Origin: Alphaproteobacteria bacterium | GTDB taxonomy: Bacteria > Pseudomonadota > Alphaproteobacteria > UBA8366 | Assembly (NCBI GenBank): GCA_021774335.1 | Contig: JAJFJD010000047.1 | Location: 3,321 to 67,320, forward strand | DNA: 64,000 bases | Direction of reading: 5' to 3' | Shown: positions 9,959 through 19,222 of the stretch, in pieces | How positions within the stretch are numbered: position 1 is the first letter of the stretch | Layout of the letters: each line of letters opens with the position of its first letter | Program-made: the position numbers and the translations under genes | The notes under the pieces: model-generated | What the model was told of the DNA's origin: nothing | Databases searched by the model: none | Seen by the model: the letters and a program-made list of their open reading frames with translations, nothing else

Positions 9959-10990
9959 CTAATCGGGCATCGGCCAGGTGTCGGAAAGCCGATAGCCGCC
10001 GGGCCAGGGGTCGTCCGGGTCGAGCATGTGCTGATGCGTACCGGTGATCCAGGCGCGGCCGGAAATCGACGGAACGATGGCGGGCCGCCCGGCGATGTCG
10101 GTCACTGCTTCGACGCGGCAGTCGAAACGCGACCCGATGATCGATCGTCCGATGTAACGATCCCCTTCGGCCAGTTCTCCGCGCGCGTGCAGCACGGCCA
10201 TGCGGGCGGAGCAACCGGTGCCGCAGGGTGACCGGTCGAGCTTGCCGGGCTCGATCGCCACCGTGTTCACGCCGGTCAACACGCCGTCTTCGTGGGTCAG
10301 TGGCAGCGTGAATTGGCAGAAGGAGATATGCGACCAGTCCGGCCGTTCGGGATGGACGAAGCCGATTTGTTCGGTCGCGGCGGCGGTGATCGCAGCCCCG
10401 GTATGTGCCAGGTCGCGCGCTTCATCCGGCTTTAACGCGAAGCCGAGTGCTGTGGCGTCGACAATGACGAAGCTGTCGCCGCCATAGGCGATGTCCACCG
10501 TCAGAGTCCCGTGGCCCGCGACCTCAAGGGGAGCGTCGAGCGCGGCGGCGAAAGACGGCACGTTCCGCACCGTGATGCGGTCGGCCTTTCCGGCGCGGCA
10601 TTCGGCGCGGATCTGCACCAACCCGGCGGGCGCCTCGAGCATGAACACGGTTTCGGGCTCGGTCATCGGGACGATTCCGGTTTCCAGCAGTACGGTCGCC
10701 ACGCAGATCGAGTTCGACCCCGACATCGGCGGGGTATGCACCGGCTCCATGATGATGAACCCCATCGTGGCATCCGGATGCTTCGGCGGGACCAGAAGAT
10801 TCACATGGCGAAAGACGCCGCCGCGCGGTTCGTTCAGCATGAAGTTTCGCAGCGTCTGGTCTTCGGCGATCCAGCGTGCCTGATCGGTCAGCGTGTCGCC
10901 CGGCGGCGGCGCGACCCCGCCGACGATGACATCGCCGACCTCGCCTTCGGCATGGCAGGACACGACATGAATGGATTTGGATGACTGCAT
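9959..10990 (-). CDS. Proline racemase superfamily protein with Ser/Cys catalytic pair (hydroxyproline epimerase/dehydratase-like)
   Basis: HAEGE, NEPRG, PPMSGSN, DIAYGG and DRSPCGTG motifs. Confidence 0.9.
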   Translation of the reverse strand: MQSSKSIHVVSCHAEGEVGDVIVGGVAPPPGDTLTDQARWIAEDQTLRNFMLNEPRGGVFRHVNLLVPPKHPDATMGFIIMEPVHTPPMSGSNSICVATVLLETGIVPMTEPETVFMLEAPAGLVQIRAECRAGKADRITVRNVPSFAAALDAPLEVAGHGTLTVDIAYGGDSFVIVDATALGFALKPDEARDLAHTGAAITAAATEQIGFVHPERPDWSHISFCQFTLPLTHEDGVLTGVNTVAIEPGKLDRSPCGTGCSARMAVLHARGELAEGDRYIGRSIIGSRFDCRVEAVTDIAGRPAIVPSISGRAWITGTHQHMLDPDDPWPGGYRLSDTWPMPD

Positions 10991-11070
10991 ACTGCCCAGT
11001 ATGCCACAGCAAGGCTGCGCGCTGTCTTTTCCCGCCGGCGCACTCCGCCCACACCGAAAGGAATGAATTC

Positions 11071-11460
11071 ATGCTGACGGTTCACACATTGGAAACGCTG
11101 TATCCGCACAGTTCGAACTACGCGCACGCCGTCGAGGTTCCCGCCGGAGCGCGGATGCTGATCTCGAATGGCCAGATCGGCACCATGCCGGACGGCACGA
11201 CGCCGGATAGCGTGGAAGGGCAGACAGAGGTGATCTTCGACCGCCTTGAGGAAATTTTGGCGGCGGCCGGGATGACGCTCCGCGATGTCGTTCGCCTCAA
11301 TACCTACTTTACCGAGGCCGAGTATCAGGACGCGTATAAGGCGATCCGTGACCGCCGTATGGGCGATCACAAGCCCGGCGCGACGCTATTGATCGTGAAG
11401 GCGCTGGCGCGGCCCAACCTGAAAATCGAGGTGGAAATCATCGCCGCCAAGGACGTATAG
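11071..11460 (+). CDS. RidA/YjgF family protein
   Basis: YAHAVEV, SNGQIG, AGMTLRDVV, PGATLLIV, IEVEIIAA; ATG 11071 after AAGGA. Confidence 0.85.
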   Translation: MLTVHTLETLYPHSSNYAHAVEVPAGARMLISNGQIGTMPDGTTPDSVEGQTEVIFDRLEEILAAAGMTLRDVVRLNTYFTEAEYQDAYKAIRDRRMGDHKPGATLLIVKALARPNLKIEVEIIAAKDV

Positions 11461-11464
11461 GCGA

Positions 11465-12025
11465 TTAACCGACGGGCTGGATCGTCCAGGCTCCCCCCGT
11501 TGACGAGGGCGGTAGGAATTCGATCGGCTGGGCGTTTGGCACCGAATCGTAGGCGACGACCCCCAAGAGATGAACCCGCAGGGCGCGGAAGGTTCCGGAA
11601 TGCGCGACGATGAGCACCGGCGACCGTCCGGTGACCGGCTGCAACGCCTCGATTGTCCGCGCGTTGAACTCCTCAGGGCTTTCACCGCCGTCGGGTTTTA
11701 GGGCGCGGTCGAATTGATCTTTCGGTTGGCCTTCCCAGACACCATATCGGCGTTCCGTAATGCCGGCGACGGCTTGTACCTCCAAATCTTCCTTGGACGC
11801 GGCGATGATTTCGGCGGTTTCCCACGTGCGAAGCATCGGGCTTGCGAAGACGGATCCGATCCGTTCGTTGGCGAGCCGTGCGGCCGCTTCCGCTGCTTCC
11901 TGGCGGCCCACGTCCGTCAGCGCCACGTCGCGTGATCCTCCGATGACTTTCTCGGCGTTGGCTTCGCTTTCACCATGCCGCACGAATAGAAACCGTGAGG
12001 AAAAGAGCGGGACTAGACTTGTCAT
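11465..12025 (-). CDS. Histidine phosphatase (phosphoglycerate mutase family)
   Basis: RHGESEAN, SPMLRTWETA, ERRYGVWEG, GES, VAHSG; start at ATG 12025. Confidence 0.88.
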   Translation of the reverse strand: MTSLVPLFSSRFLFVRHGESEANAEKVIGGSRDVALTDVGRQEAAEAAARLANERIGSVFASPMLRTWETAEIIAASKEDLEVQAVAGITERRYGVWEGQPKDQFDRALKPDGGESPEEFNARTIEALQPVTGRSPVLIVAHSGTFRALRVHLLGVVAYDSVPNAQPIEFLPPSSTGGAWTIQPVG

Positions 12026-12159
12026 AACGTATTCCCATTGGGGTAAGCGGTGACGCCCCGACAATGCTGCCGGCGCTGACGGCACCCGGGAGCCAAGGCA
12101 GTCGCGCCGCGGGTCCGGTTCGACACCGCGGCGCATTGGTCCGGCCGGTTCGCTTCGGC

Positions 12160-13377
12160 CTATTTCTTGGCGTATTTCCGAAGCGCCAGATACAGTTGGA
12201 GATAGCTGTATTTGGTGTCGTACACATGCTCCTGATCGATCGGCCACAAGTTGAGCTTCTCGAAGGGCGGAGTCTTGAATTTCTCCATTTGTTTCTTGGC
12301 CACGTCCGCGCGTGCGGCGAAATCACCAACCACGTTCCAGGGTTTGAACCCTTCTTCCATCATATGGCGGATCAGCAATTTTGCGGCGTTCGGGTGCGGC
12401 GCGCGGTCGGCAATAACCAGAACCGTCGGATAGGCGACACCGAAGGCCGGTTTAACGTCATAGGCGGGCGCCGCCTGCAATGTGCCCTTCTTGTATTTCC
12501 GCATTTTGCTGAAGGTGGTGATCGCCAACGGCGGATTGTCCTGCTTCACGTCGCCGGCGTTCTTGTAGATCTTGGTCGTCGACCCGACATAGGTCGGTTT
12601 GTTCTTCAGCAACCGGAACAGCCATTCCTTGGATGCATCGGCTTTGCCGAGGTTTGGATTCTTCTTCACCGCCTTTTTCAGACCCTTGGAGAACTCGATC
12701 GGTTTGCCGAATTCCGCCTGATAGGCCGCCGCCATTTCTTTGGGATGTTGCAGGATGGTCTGGAGCGTGTTCGCCATCACCGAGCCCTCCAGCGGATTCG
12801 GCATGAGCAGCTTGCTCTTCCATTCCTTGCGGGTCAGATCCCATAGATTGTCGACCGGCGCGCCTTTGGGATATTTCGCGTCATTGTAGAAGAGGACGCG
12901 GCTGCTCCAGCGTTGCACGAGAAACGGCGATTTCTCATCGTCGCTCAGTTGGCCGGCGACGCTGTCGGGGACGAAATTCCAGACCATCTTGGCCGAGAGA
13001 AATTCGTTCTGCAGGATCGGCGTCTCGTTGTTGAACAATACGTCGACATTGTTGAGTCCGGCTTTTCGTTCGCGCCGGAATTTTTCAAGTTGAACGCTGG
13101 ACGAGATATCGAAGGCTTCGATCTCGACGCCGTATTTTTCCTTGAACGCTTTCTGGAGTTTGAAAATTCGCGACGATACCGAGTAGATCGTCACCTTGCC
13201 TTCTTTCCTCGCGGCGGCTTCGATGGCCTTCCAGTCCTGTTTGCCCGCATGCGGGCCGAGCTGTGCTTTCTTCAGCCAGTCGGATTGCGCATCCGCGCTG
13301 GCCGCGCCGACCGGCACGGCCAGCAGGCCGACGATCAGCATCGATTTTGCCGTATTACGAATATGACGGGTAATCAT
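12160..13377 (-). CDS. ABC transporter substrate-binding protein (FbpA/AfuA-like class)
   Basis: Signal peptide, AARKEGKVTIYS, APHPNAAKLLI; ATG 13377 after GGAGG. Confidence 0.85.
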   Translation of the reverse strand: MITRHIRNTAKSMLIVGLLAVPVGAASADAQSDWLKKAQLGPHAGKQDWKAIEAAARKEGKVTIYSVSSRIFKLQKAFKEKYGVEIEAFDISSSVQLEKFRRERKAGLNNVDVLFNNETPILQNEFLSAKMVWNFVPDSVAGQLSDDEKSPFLVQRWSSRVLFYNDAKYPKGAPVDNLWDLTRKEWKSKLLMPNPLEGSVMANTLQTILQHPKEMAAAYQAEFGKPIEFSKGLKKAVKKNPNLGKADASKEWLFRLLKNKPTYVGSTTKIYKNAGDVKQDNPPLAITTFSKMRKYKKGTLQAAPAYDVKPAFGVAYPTVLVIADRAPHPNAAKLLIRHMMEEGFKPWNVVGDFAARADVAKKQMEKFKTPPFEKLNLWPIDQEHVYDTKYSYLQLYLALRKYAKK

Positions 13378-13447
13378 GGCGTTTCCTCCTATGTTGGACG
13401 GCTTGTGCTGCAAACCATATTTCTTGTTGGAACCAGGTAGGCCCGGT

Positions 13448-14545
13448 TCATTGGTGAGCGCCCAGCAACTTCCCTGAGCTTTCGTCGTAAAGGTTCATGG
13501 CGGATGGATCGAATGTGAGCCAAATCGGCTGGTCCATTTTCACATCCTGCTGTGGTGACCCGCGGACCGTGATCATTGTGCTTCCCCGTAGGGCCTGGAC
13601 CATCAATTCGGGGCCGCTGGACAGCGCGCCATACACCTTGAATTCGACGGCGTCGGGCTGCGGTTCCAGCGAGAGTGTAATGTCCTCGGGCCGGGCTGCG
13701 ATCGTGAGACGCCCTTGCGGCGCGTCGTTGAATAATGGAATCCGGAAATCGTCCACATTCGCCCAGCCCCGGCCGTTTTCCTGGACGCTCTCTGCGGAAA
13801 CGAGATTGATCCGCGGCATGCCGATGAAATCGGCGACGAACAGGCTGGCGGGTTGCCGATAGAGGTCGAGGGGCGCCGCCTGTTGTTCGATTTGGCCTTT
13901 GTTCATCACCACGATGAGGCTCGCCAGCGTCATCGCTTCGCCTTGATCATGCGTCACGAAAACCGTGGTGGCGTCTGAATCGATGTGCAGGCGCTTGAGC
14001 TCGGTCCGCATGTCCATGCGCAAGCGGGCATCCAGATTGGACAGTGGTTCATCCATGAGAAAGACCGGCGGTTTCGTCGCGAGCAATCGCGCGACCGCGA
14101 CCCTCTGCTGCTGACCGCCCGACAGTTCGGAAGGGTACCGTTCCCCGAGCCCTTCCATCGCGAGATCGCGCAAGACATTGTCCACGCGGGTCCGGATCTG
14201 ATCGCGCGGAAGCTTCTGAATGCCCAGACCGAAGCCGATGTTGTCGAAGACGGTCATGTGCGGCCACAAGGCGTAGCTTTGGAAAACCATGCCGATCTGA
14301 CGTTTGCCCGGCGGCATCGAGAGTCCTCGCTCGGCGGAGAATACCACGTCGCCGGCGATCCGGATTTCGCCTTCGTCGGGTGTCTCCAACCCGGCCAGGC
14401 ACCGCAGCAGCGTCGTTTTCCCGCAACCCGATGGACCGAGGAGCACCAGGAATTCGTTGGCATCGATATCGAGCGAGACGCCGTCCAACGCGGTCATCTT
14501 GCCGTATCGTTTCGTTAGATTGCGAACTTCGATCGCAGCGCCCAT
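13448..14545 (-). CDS. ABC transporter ATP-binding protein (FbpC/PotA/MalK-like)
   Basis: GPSGCGKTT, LSGGQQQRVA, MDEPLSNLDARLR, VTHDQGEAM; true start MGAAIEV at 14545. Confidence 0.92.
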   Translation of the reverse strand: MGAAIEVRNLTKRYGKMTALDGVSLDIDANEFLVLLGPSGCGKTTLLRCLAGLETPDEGEIRIAGDVVFSAERGLSMPPGKRQIGMVFQSYALWPHMTVFDNIGFGLGIQKLPRDQIRTRVDNVLRDLAMEGLGERYPSELSGGQQQRVAVARLLATKPPVFLMDEPLSNLDARLRMDMRTELKRLHIDSDATTVFVTHDQGEAMTLASLIVVMNKGQIEQQAAPLDLYRQPASLFVADFIGMPRINLVSAESVQENGRGWANVDDFRIPLFNDAPQGRLTIAARPEDITLSLEPQPDAVEFKVYGALSSGPELMVQALRGSTMITVRGSPQQDVKMDQPIWLTFDPSAMNLYDESSGKLLGAHQ

Positions 14546-14562
14546 GGCGAATATCCTGGTTA

Positions 14563-16413
14563 TCAATCCTGAGTCTTGTCGCGCAACTTTTCGAGTTTGC
14601 TCTTGCCGAGCTTCCAGACGATCAGCTCGCCGATGATCGTCAGGACCGTGACGATCAGAACAAGCGCATTGCTGAGTTGGGTTTGGTCTTCTTCGATGTA
14701 TCTGAATCCGACGGTCATCAGCACGCGGGTCGACGGCGTGATCAGCAGGATAATCAGGGTCAGTTCCCGCATGATGCCGACGAAGCTCACCATCGTGCCC
14801 GCCACGACCCCCGGCATGGTCAGCGGCACGACGATGCGCCAGAACCGCGTGAACCAGGATGCACCCTGGATTTCCGCCGCTTCCTCCAGCGACTGGCCCA
14901 ACTGCGTGACCGCGCTCGCACCGGTGCGCACGCTGTAGGGAAGTTTGTTCACAACGGAAATCAACACCAGCAGCGTGAATGTTCCGTAGAGCGCGGGAAT
15001 GGGGCCGTGCGATTCGGCGAACATGCTGAGATACAGGGCCCCGAATGCAATGGATGGAAACAGGAACGGAATGAAGGCCGCCTGGTCGAGCAGGTTCGAG
15101 AGCCAGCGCACCCGGCCGCGGACCACGATATAGCCGATGACCAGGCCGATCACCGCCGCCAGAACGGAGCCGATGAGCGCCAGTTTCAGGGTGTTCCACG
15201 TCGCGCCTAGAATGACGTCGTTGTGCAGGACGCCGGGTTCGCCGAACGCGTAGCGGGGGTCGGATTCGCCGATCCAGTAATGCAGCGTGAAATTGTCGAG
15301 CCCGTATTGGCCATCGACGAGCATCACGGTCTGATACCCAAGCAAGGCGATCGGGAAGATCGCCGCGAGCGCCGCCACCGTGAAGGTTGCGGCGAACACC
15401 GGCCAGCGCCAACGGCCGAGGCGGGTAAGATTGCCCTTGAATCCCTTGCCGCTGATCGTTTCGAAACGCTTCGAGTTGGTGCCGATGATCTTGAAGGTGA
15501 AATACATCGTCGCGCCGGTTATCACGATCAAGACAATCGCGAGGATGTAGCCAAACGCGTCGAGGCCCAATTTGATGTTGGCGAAGAGCATCGTGGCCAA
15601 CGTGTAATATTCAATGGGCGCACCGAGGAGAAACGGCAGGGCGAAGGTGCCGATGGTTTTCCCGAAAGTCAGAACGAAGGCCGCCAGGAACGCCGGCGCC
15701 ACGATCGGGAATGTGATCTTCCGCAGAATCAGGAAGCGCGACGCTCCTTGGATTTCAGCGCATTCCTCCAACTGTGAATCCAAGGTGCTCAAGGCCCCTG
15801 CGACCAGCAGAAGCGCAAAGGGGAAGTAATGAATGGCCATGGTGATGATGATCGGCACGGCGCCGAACGACAGCCACTCCGGCGGCGTGAACCCGAAGGT
15901 CGCATCGAACAATCCGGGTTGCCCGCCTGCCGCGGGGCTTTTGAATAGTGTTTCCCAGGCGAGCGCGATGGCGAAGGACGGGATCACATAGGGCAGCGTG
16001 AGGACCGGCTGCAGCCATCGTTTCCCCGGCATGTCGGTCCGGACGACCACCCATGCCAACAGACCGCCCATCAACAACGCCAAGACCGCCGCGGCGCCGC
16101 CGGTGACCATGGTATTCCACAGCGGATCGAGCAGCATCGAGGATGACGAACCACCGAAGAATATTTCGTACCAGTGGTGCGACGTGAATTCGCCCTCGAC
16201 GGCGCTCCGGTTGAAGCGGCGATCCCCGGCGCCCCACACAAGAGTTCTCCAGATCAACTCGAACAGTGGATAGATCACCAGATAGGCCAGCACGATCAGC
16301 AGGCCCACCGCGATGAGAAACTGCGCCGATGTCAGGCGTGACAGGAATTTGTTGCGCCAACGTTCAAGCCGTGGCGCGGCCGTCCCAAATTCCGGTGCGG
16401 CGGATCCCAGCAT
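14563..16413 (-). CDS. ABC transporter permease (duplicated FbpB/AfuB type)
   Basis: Two EAA-loop repeats (LEECAEIQGAS, LEEAAEIQGAS); many transmembrane helices. Confidence 0.9.
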   Translation of the reverse strand: MLGSAAPEFGTAAPRLERWRNKFLSRLTSAQFLIAVGLLIVLAYLVIYPLFELIWRTLVWGAGDRRFNRSAVEGEFTSHHWYEIFFGGSSSSMLLDPLWNTMVTGGAAAVLALLMGGLLAWVVVRTDMPGKRWLQPVLTLPYVIPSFAIALAWETLFKSPAAGGQPGLFDATFGFTPPEWLSFGAVPIIITMAIHYFPFALLLVAGALSTLDSQLEECAEIQGASRFLILRKITFPIVAPAFLAAFVLTFGKTIGTFALPFLLGAPIEYYTLATMLFANIKLGLDAFGYILAIVLIVITGATMYFTFKIIGTNSKRFETISGKGFKGNLTRLGRWRWPVFAATFTVAALAAIFPIALLGYQTVMLVDGQYGLDNFTLHYWIGESDPRYAFGEPGVLHNDVILGATWNTLKLALIGSVLAAVIGLVIGYIVVRGRVRWLSNLLDQAAFIPFLFPSIAFGALYLSMFAESHGPIPALYGTFTLLVLISVVNKLPYSVRTGASAVTQLGQSLEEAAEIQGASWFTRFWRIVVPLTMPGVVAGTMVSFVGIMRELTLIILLITPSTRVLMTVGFRYIEEDQTQLSNALVLIVTVLTIIGELIVWKLGKSKLEKLRDKTQD

Positions 16414-16416
16414 CGT

Positions 16417-17310
16417 TCACTCACCGTCGCTCAAATCTGAACCGGTCAGCGAGAGCGTCTGCCGTGCCCGGGGCTCCTCCTGGATTTCCCGGGTAAGTTC
16501 CGCCAGCCGTTCCAGCGTCGCGATGGATCGCCCTTTGTCCAGGTGGGAAATCGTCAGGACGATCGCGTTGCAGATCGCCATGGGCACGGTGAGCGTAAGA
16601 AACTCACTCCCCAAGCCGCGATCGGCCATCAAGGTAATCTCCGGCTCCGGCTTGATGAGCGGCGCGACCAGATCGCTGACGAGAATGGATGTCGCCCCGA
16701 CCCTTCTCGAATGGTTGAGGCAGGTGGCGATTCCCCGCGGAACCGAGTGAAAGCCGAATGCCAGCAGGGCGTCGTCCGACTTCATCGGCAGAATTCTTTC
16801 CGCCAACTCCCGGTCTTGATGGTTGAGGATGGTGTGGTGGAATCCGGCCCGCCGCAGCCTGCGGCCCATCATTTCCACCAGCGCCGTCGAATTGCCTTGG
16901 CCGAAAATAAAGATATGCCCCGCGTCGATGAGCGCGCGTGCGGCCTGATTGATCTTGGCCTGCAGTTCGCGGCTGTTCAACCGGTCCAGCGTATCGGTTT
17001 CATGCCGGAGCAGTCCGGAGAGTATTGCGCCCTCCTCCATGTGCGAAAGGCTCTCGCGAATCCGGTCCGCCGGTTCCGCCTTATTGATGATGTCGGCCTG
17101 CAGGTAGGATCGGAGGTCCGGGTAACCGCCGAATCCGAGTTTTCGCGCCAGCCGTACGGCGGTGGCCGGATGGACTCCCGCACGGCCTGCGATATCGGTC
17201 GTGGACAGATAGGAAACTTCGGTCGGGCTTTCCAGCAACGCTTTCAGCAGACGCCGGTCCGCGTCGGTCAGCCGAACCTGATTCTTTTCGATGAGCGTGG
17301 TTAGGCTCAC
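16417..17310 (-). CDS. MurR/RpiR-family transcriptional regulator (HTH + SIS domain)
   Basis: LTDADRR, AGVHPATAVRLARKLGFGGYPDL, IFIFGQGNS; GTG 17310 after GGGAGG. Confidence 0.9.
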   Translation of the reverse strand: MSLTTLIEKNQVRLTDADRRLLKALLESPTEVSYLSTTDIAGRAGVHPATAVRLARKLGFGGYPDLRSYLQADIINKAEPADRIRESLSHMEEGAILSGLLRHETDTLDRLNSRELQAKINQAARALIDAGHIFIFGQGNSTALVEMMGRRLRRAGFHHTILNHQDRELAERILPMKSDDALLAFGFHSVPRGIATCLNHSRRVGATSILVSDLVAPLIKPEPEITLMADRGLGSEFLTLTVPMAICNAIVLTISHLDKGRSIATLERLAELTREIQEEPRARQTLSLTGSDLSDGE

Positions 17311-17389
17311 GAACGCCTCCCGTCGTTGCCAATCCCGCCGGTGTCCATCGGCCGGCGACATCGAAAAGCATACGAGTCGCGAAATTTGA

Positions 17390-17437
17390 TTGCAATAGAA
17401 TTTTCACAATTGGAATTTTCTGCAATTTTTATTGCAA
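17390..17437. promoter_or_regulatory. AT-rich operator-like inverted repeat in the divergent rpiR/NHL promoter region
   Basis: TTGCAATA (17390-17397) ... TATTGCAA (17430-17437) enclosing two GAATTTTC direct repeats. Confidence 0.5.
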
Positions 17438-17531
17438 CAACCAGTTTTGCCACACCGGCTTTGCGCGCGCTGCCGGATTCGCCGACAATGGGGCCTTGCC
17501 ATTCATATTCGAACCCGAGGGGTAAGCGGCC

Positions 17532-18494
17532 ATGTCAGTTATTCTGGGAAGCGGTGATTTCAGGTATCGCGTGGTCGAAGACTGGGCCAAGCTGCCCGAC
17601 GGCTGGGAATTTCGGGACGTGGCCGCGGTCGGGGTCGACAGCAAGGACCAGGTATACGTGTTCAACCGCGGCGACCACCCGATGATGGTGTTCGACCGCG
17701 ACGGCAATTTCCTGCGGTCCTGGGGCGAGGACGTCTTCACCCGGGCGCACGGAATTCATATCGGGCCGGACGACATGCTTTATTGCACCGACGATGGCGG
17801 GCATGCGGTCTACAAATGTACGACCGAGGGTAAAATCCTGCTGGAAATCGGCGTGCCGGGCACGCCGGCGCCCTATATGAGCGGCGAACCCTTCCACCGC
17901 TGCACCCATACCGCGCTGTCGCCGGACAATCACATCTTTGTCTCGGACGGCTACGGCAACGCCTGCGTGCACAAATATTCGCCCGACGGGAAACTGGTGA
18001 AGACCTGGGGTGAATCCGGCACCGAGCCGGGCCAGTTCAACATCGTGCACAACATCGTCGCCGACGACGACGGCTGGATCTACGTCGCCGACCGGGAGAA
18101 CCACCGGGTGCAGGTGTTTAACACCGACGGCAAATACGAAACGCAATGGAACAACCTGCACCGGCCCTGTGGGCTCTACATGCCGCGCGGCAAGTGCCCG
18201 CATTGCTTCATCGGCGAGTTGGGACCGGGCATGAACGTGAACCGGCGCGCCCCGAACATGGGACCGCGCCTCAGCGTCGTCGACAACGAGGGTAAATTAC
18301 TGGCCCGCCTCGGCGGTGAGGACGGCCCGGGCCTGGACGTGGGCAAGTTCATGGCGCCGCACGGCCTGGCGATCGATTCGCGCGGTGACATCTATGTCGG
18401 TGAGGTGTCGTACACCAACTGGCCGTCAAGTTTCGGCGACAAACCGATGCCGAAAAATCTCCGCTCGCTGCAGAAGCTGGAGAAAGTGGCGTAA
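17532..18494 (+). CDS. NHL-repeat beta-propeller, peptidyl-alpha-hydroxyglycine alpha-amidating lyase-like
   Basis: FLRSWGE, AHGIHI, FVSDGYGNACVHKYS, GQFNIVHNI, YVADRENHRVQVF, FMAPHGLAIDSRGDIYVGEV. Confidence 0.85.
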   Translation: MSVILGSGDFRYRVVEDWAKLPDGWEFRDVAAVGVDSKDQVYVFNRGDHPMMVFDRDGNFLRSWGEDVFTRAHGIHIGPDDMLYCTDDGGHAVYKCTTEGKILLEIGVPGTPAPYMSGEPFHRCTHTALSPDNHIFVSDGYGNACVHKYSPDGKLVKTWGESGTEPGQFNIVHNIVADDDGWIYVADRENHRVQVFNTDGKYETQWNNLHRPCGLYMPRGKCPHCFIGELGPGMNVNRRAPNMGPRLSVVDNEGKLLARLGGEDGPGLDVGKFMAPHGLAIDSRGDIYVGEVSYTNWPSSFGDKPMPKNLRSLQKLEKVA

Positions 18495-18529
18495 AGCGTC
18501 GAATCCATCGAGCCTGACCGGCCGCTCAG

Positions 18530-18814
18530 TTAGCCGAGAAGGTCTTCGTCGGCGTAGTCCGATTCCGTGACGAAATTTTTCAGCGCCTGACGTAGCTGGT
18601 CGGGCGCTCCGCCTTCGATTGCCTCAAGATGGTTCAAGTCGTGCGCCAACCGGCGGCGTTCGTCCAAAAGGTAGTTGAACTGTGCGTCGCAGCCGGCGAT
18701 CGGCGTGGGGTATTCGCGGATTTGCCGGTCGATTGGCGCTTTTACCCGCAGCAAGTGCTCGCGAATGCGGCGCAAGGCCGGCGTTGCCGCCTGTTCTTTC
18801 ACCAAATCTTCCAT
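18530..18814 (-). CDS. Small hypothetical protein with YPTPIAGCDAQFN motif
   Basis: Plausible helical protein with a distinctive motif; start 18814 or 18829. Confidence 0.6.
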   Translation of the reverse strand: MEDLVKEQAATPALRRIREHLLRVKAPIDRQIREYPTPIAGCDAQFNYLLDERRRLAHDLNHLEAIEGGAPDQLRQALKNFVTESDYADEDLLG

Positions 18815-18906
18815 CGTTCCGTCCTGCATCGAAGAAATCTCGGAATAAAATCTACCGTAGCGGTGTCAGTTTAGCGTTAACGGCATGATGTCACGACCTT
18901 AAATCG

Positions 18907-19066
18907 ACGTGCGCGCCCGGCCGGTTGGTGAACCAATGCTGGCTCGCGTGCGTATCCCATAGTGCGGCTGCTTCTGGGCCTGCCATCTTCGCAATGGAGC
19001 AGCCGTACGCCCCGCCGTCGTTGTTGGACGTCATACCTCCGAACAGCGCGGCGGGGCATTCTTTTT
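18907..19066 (+). ncRNA. Candidate three-hairpin small RNA ending in an intrinsic terminator
   Basis: Stems 18907-15/18945-53, 18963-74/18996-19007 and 19009-17/19049-57, then ATTCTTTTT; G-U pairs favour the + strand. Confidence 0.45.
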
Positions 19067-19222
19067 GCATTCCTTTTCACCGAACGAGCATTTCAATCGG
19101 CAAAGTCGGAATTTAGCAAAGTTTCGTTAACCATATTGCGCGCAATATTCGGTGTGTTTGCCGTCACAGACGGTGTATGCGGTATGCGCTAGATTTCGCA
19201 TACCTTATTGGGGAGCGGGGGT

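Noticed and set aside
14546-15412. N-terminal 289 aa of the 654-aa ORF 13448..15412
   Set aside because: Out-of-frame overlap with the permease gene; the real ATPase starts at 14545.
18891-19034. 47-aa minus-strand ORF (MTSNNDGG...) preceded by GGAGG
   Set aside because: The SD is only 1 nt from the ATG and the sequence is better explained by plus-strand RNA hairpins; not fully excluded.
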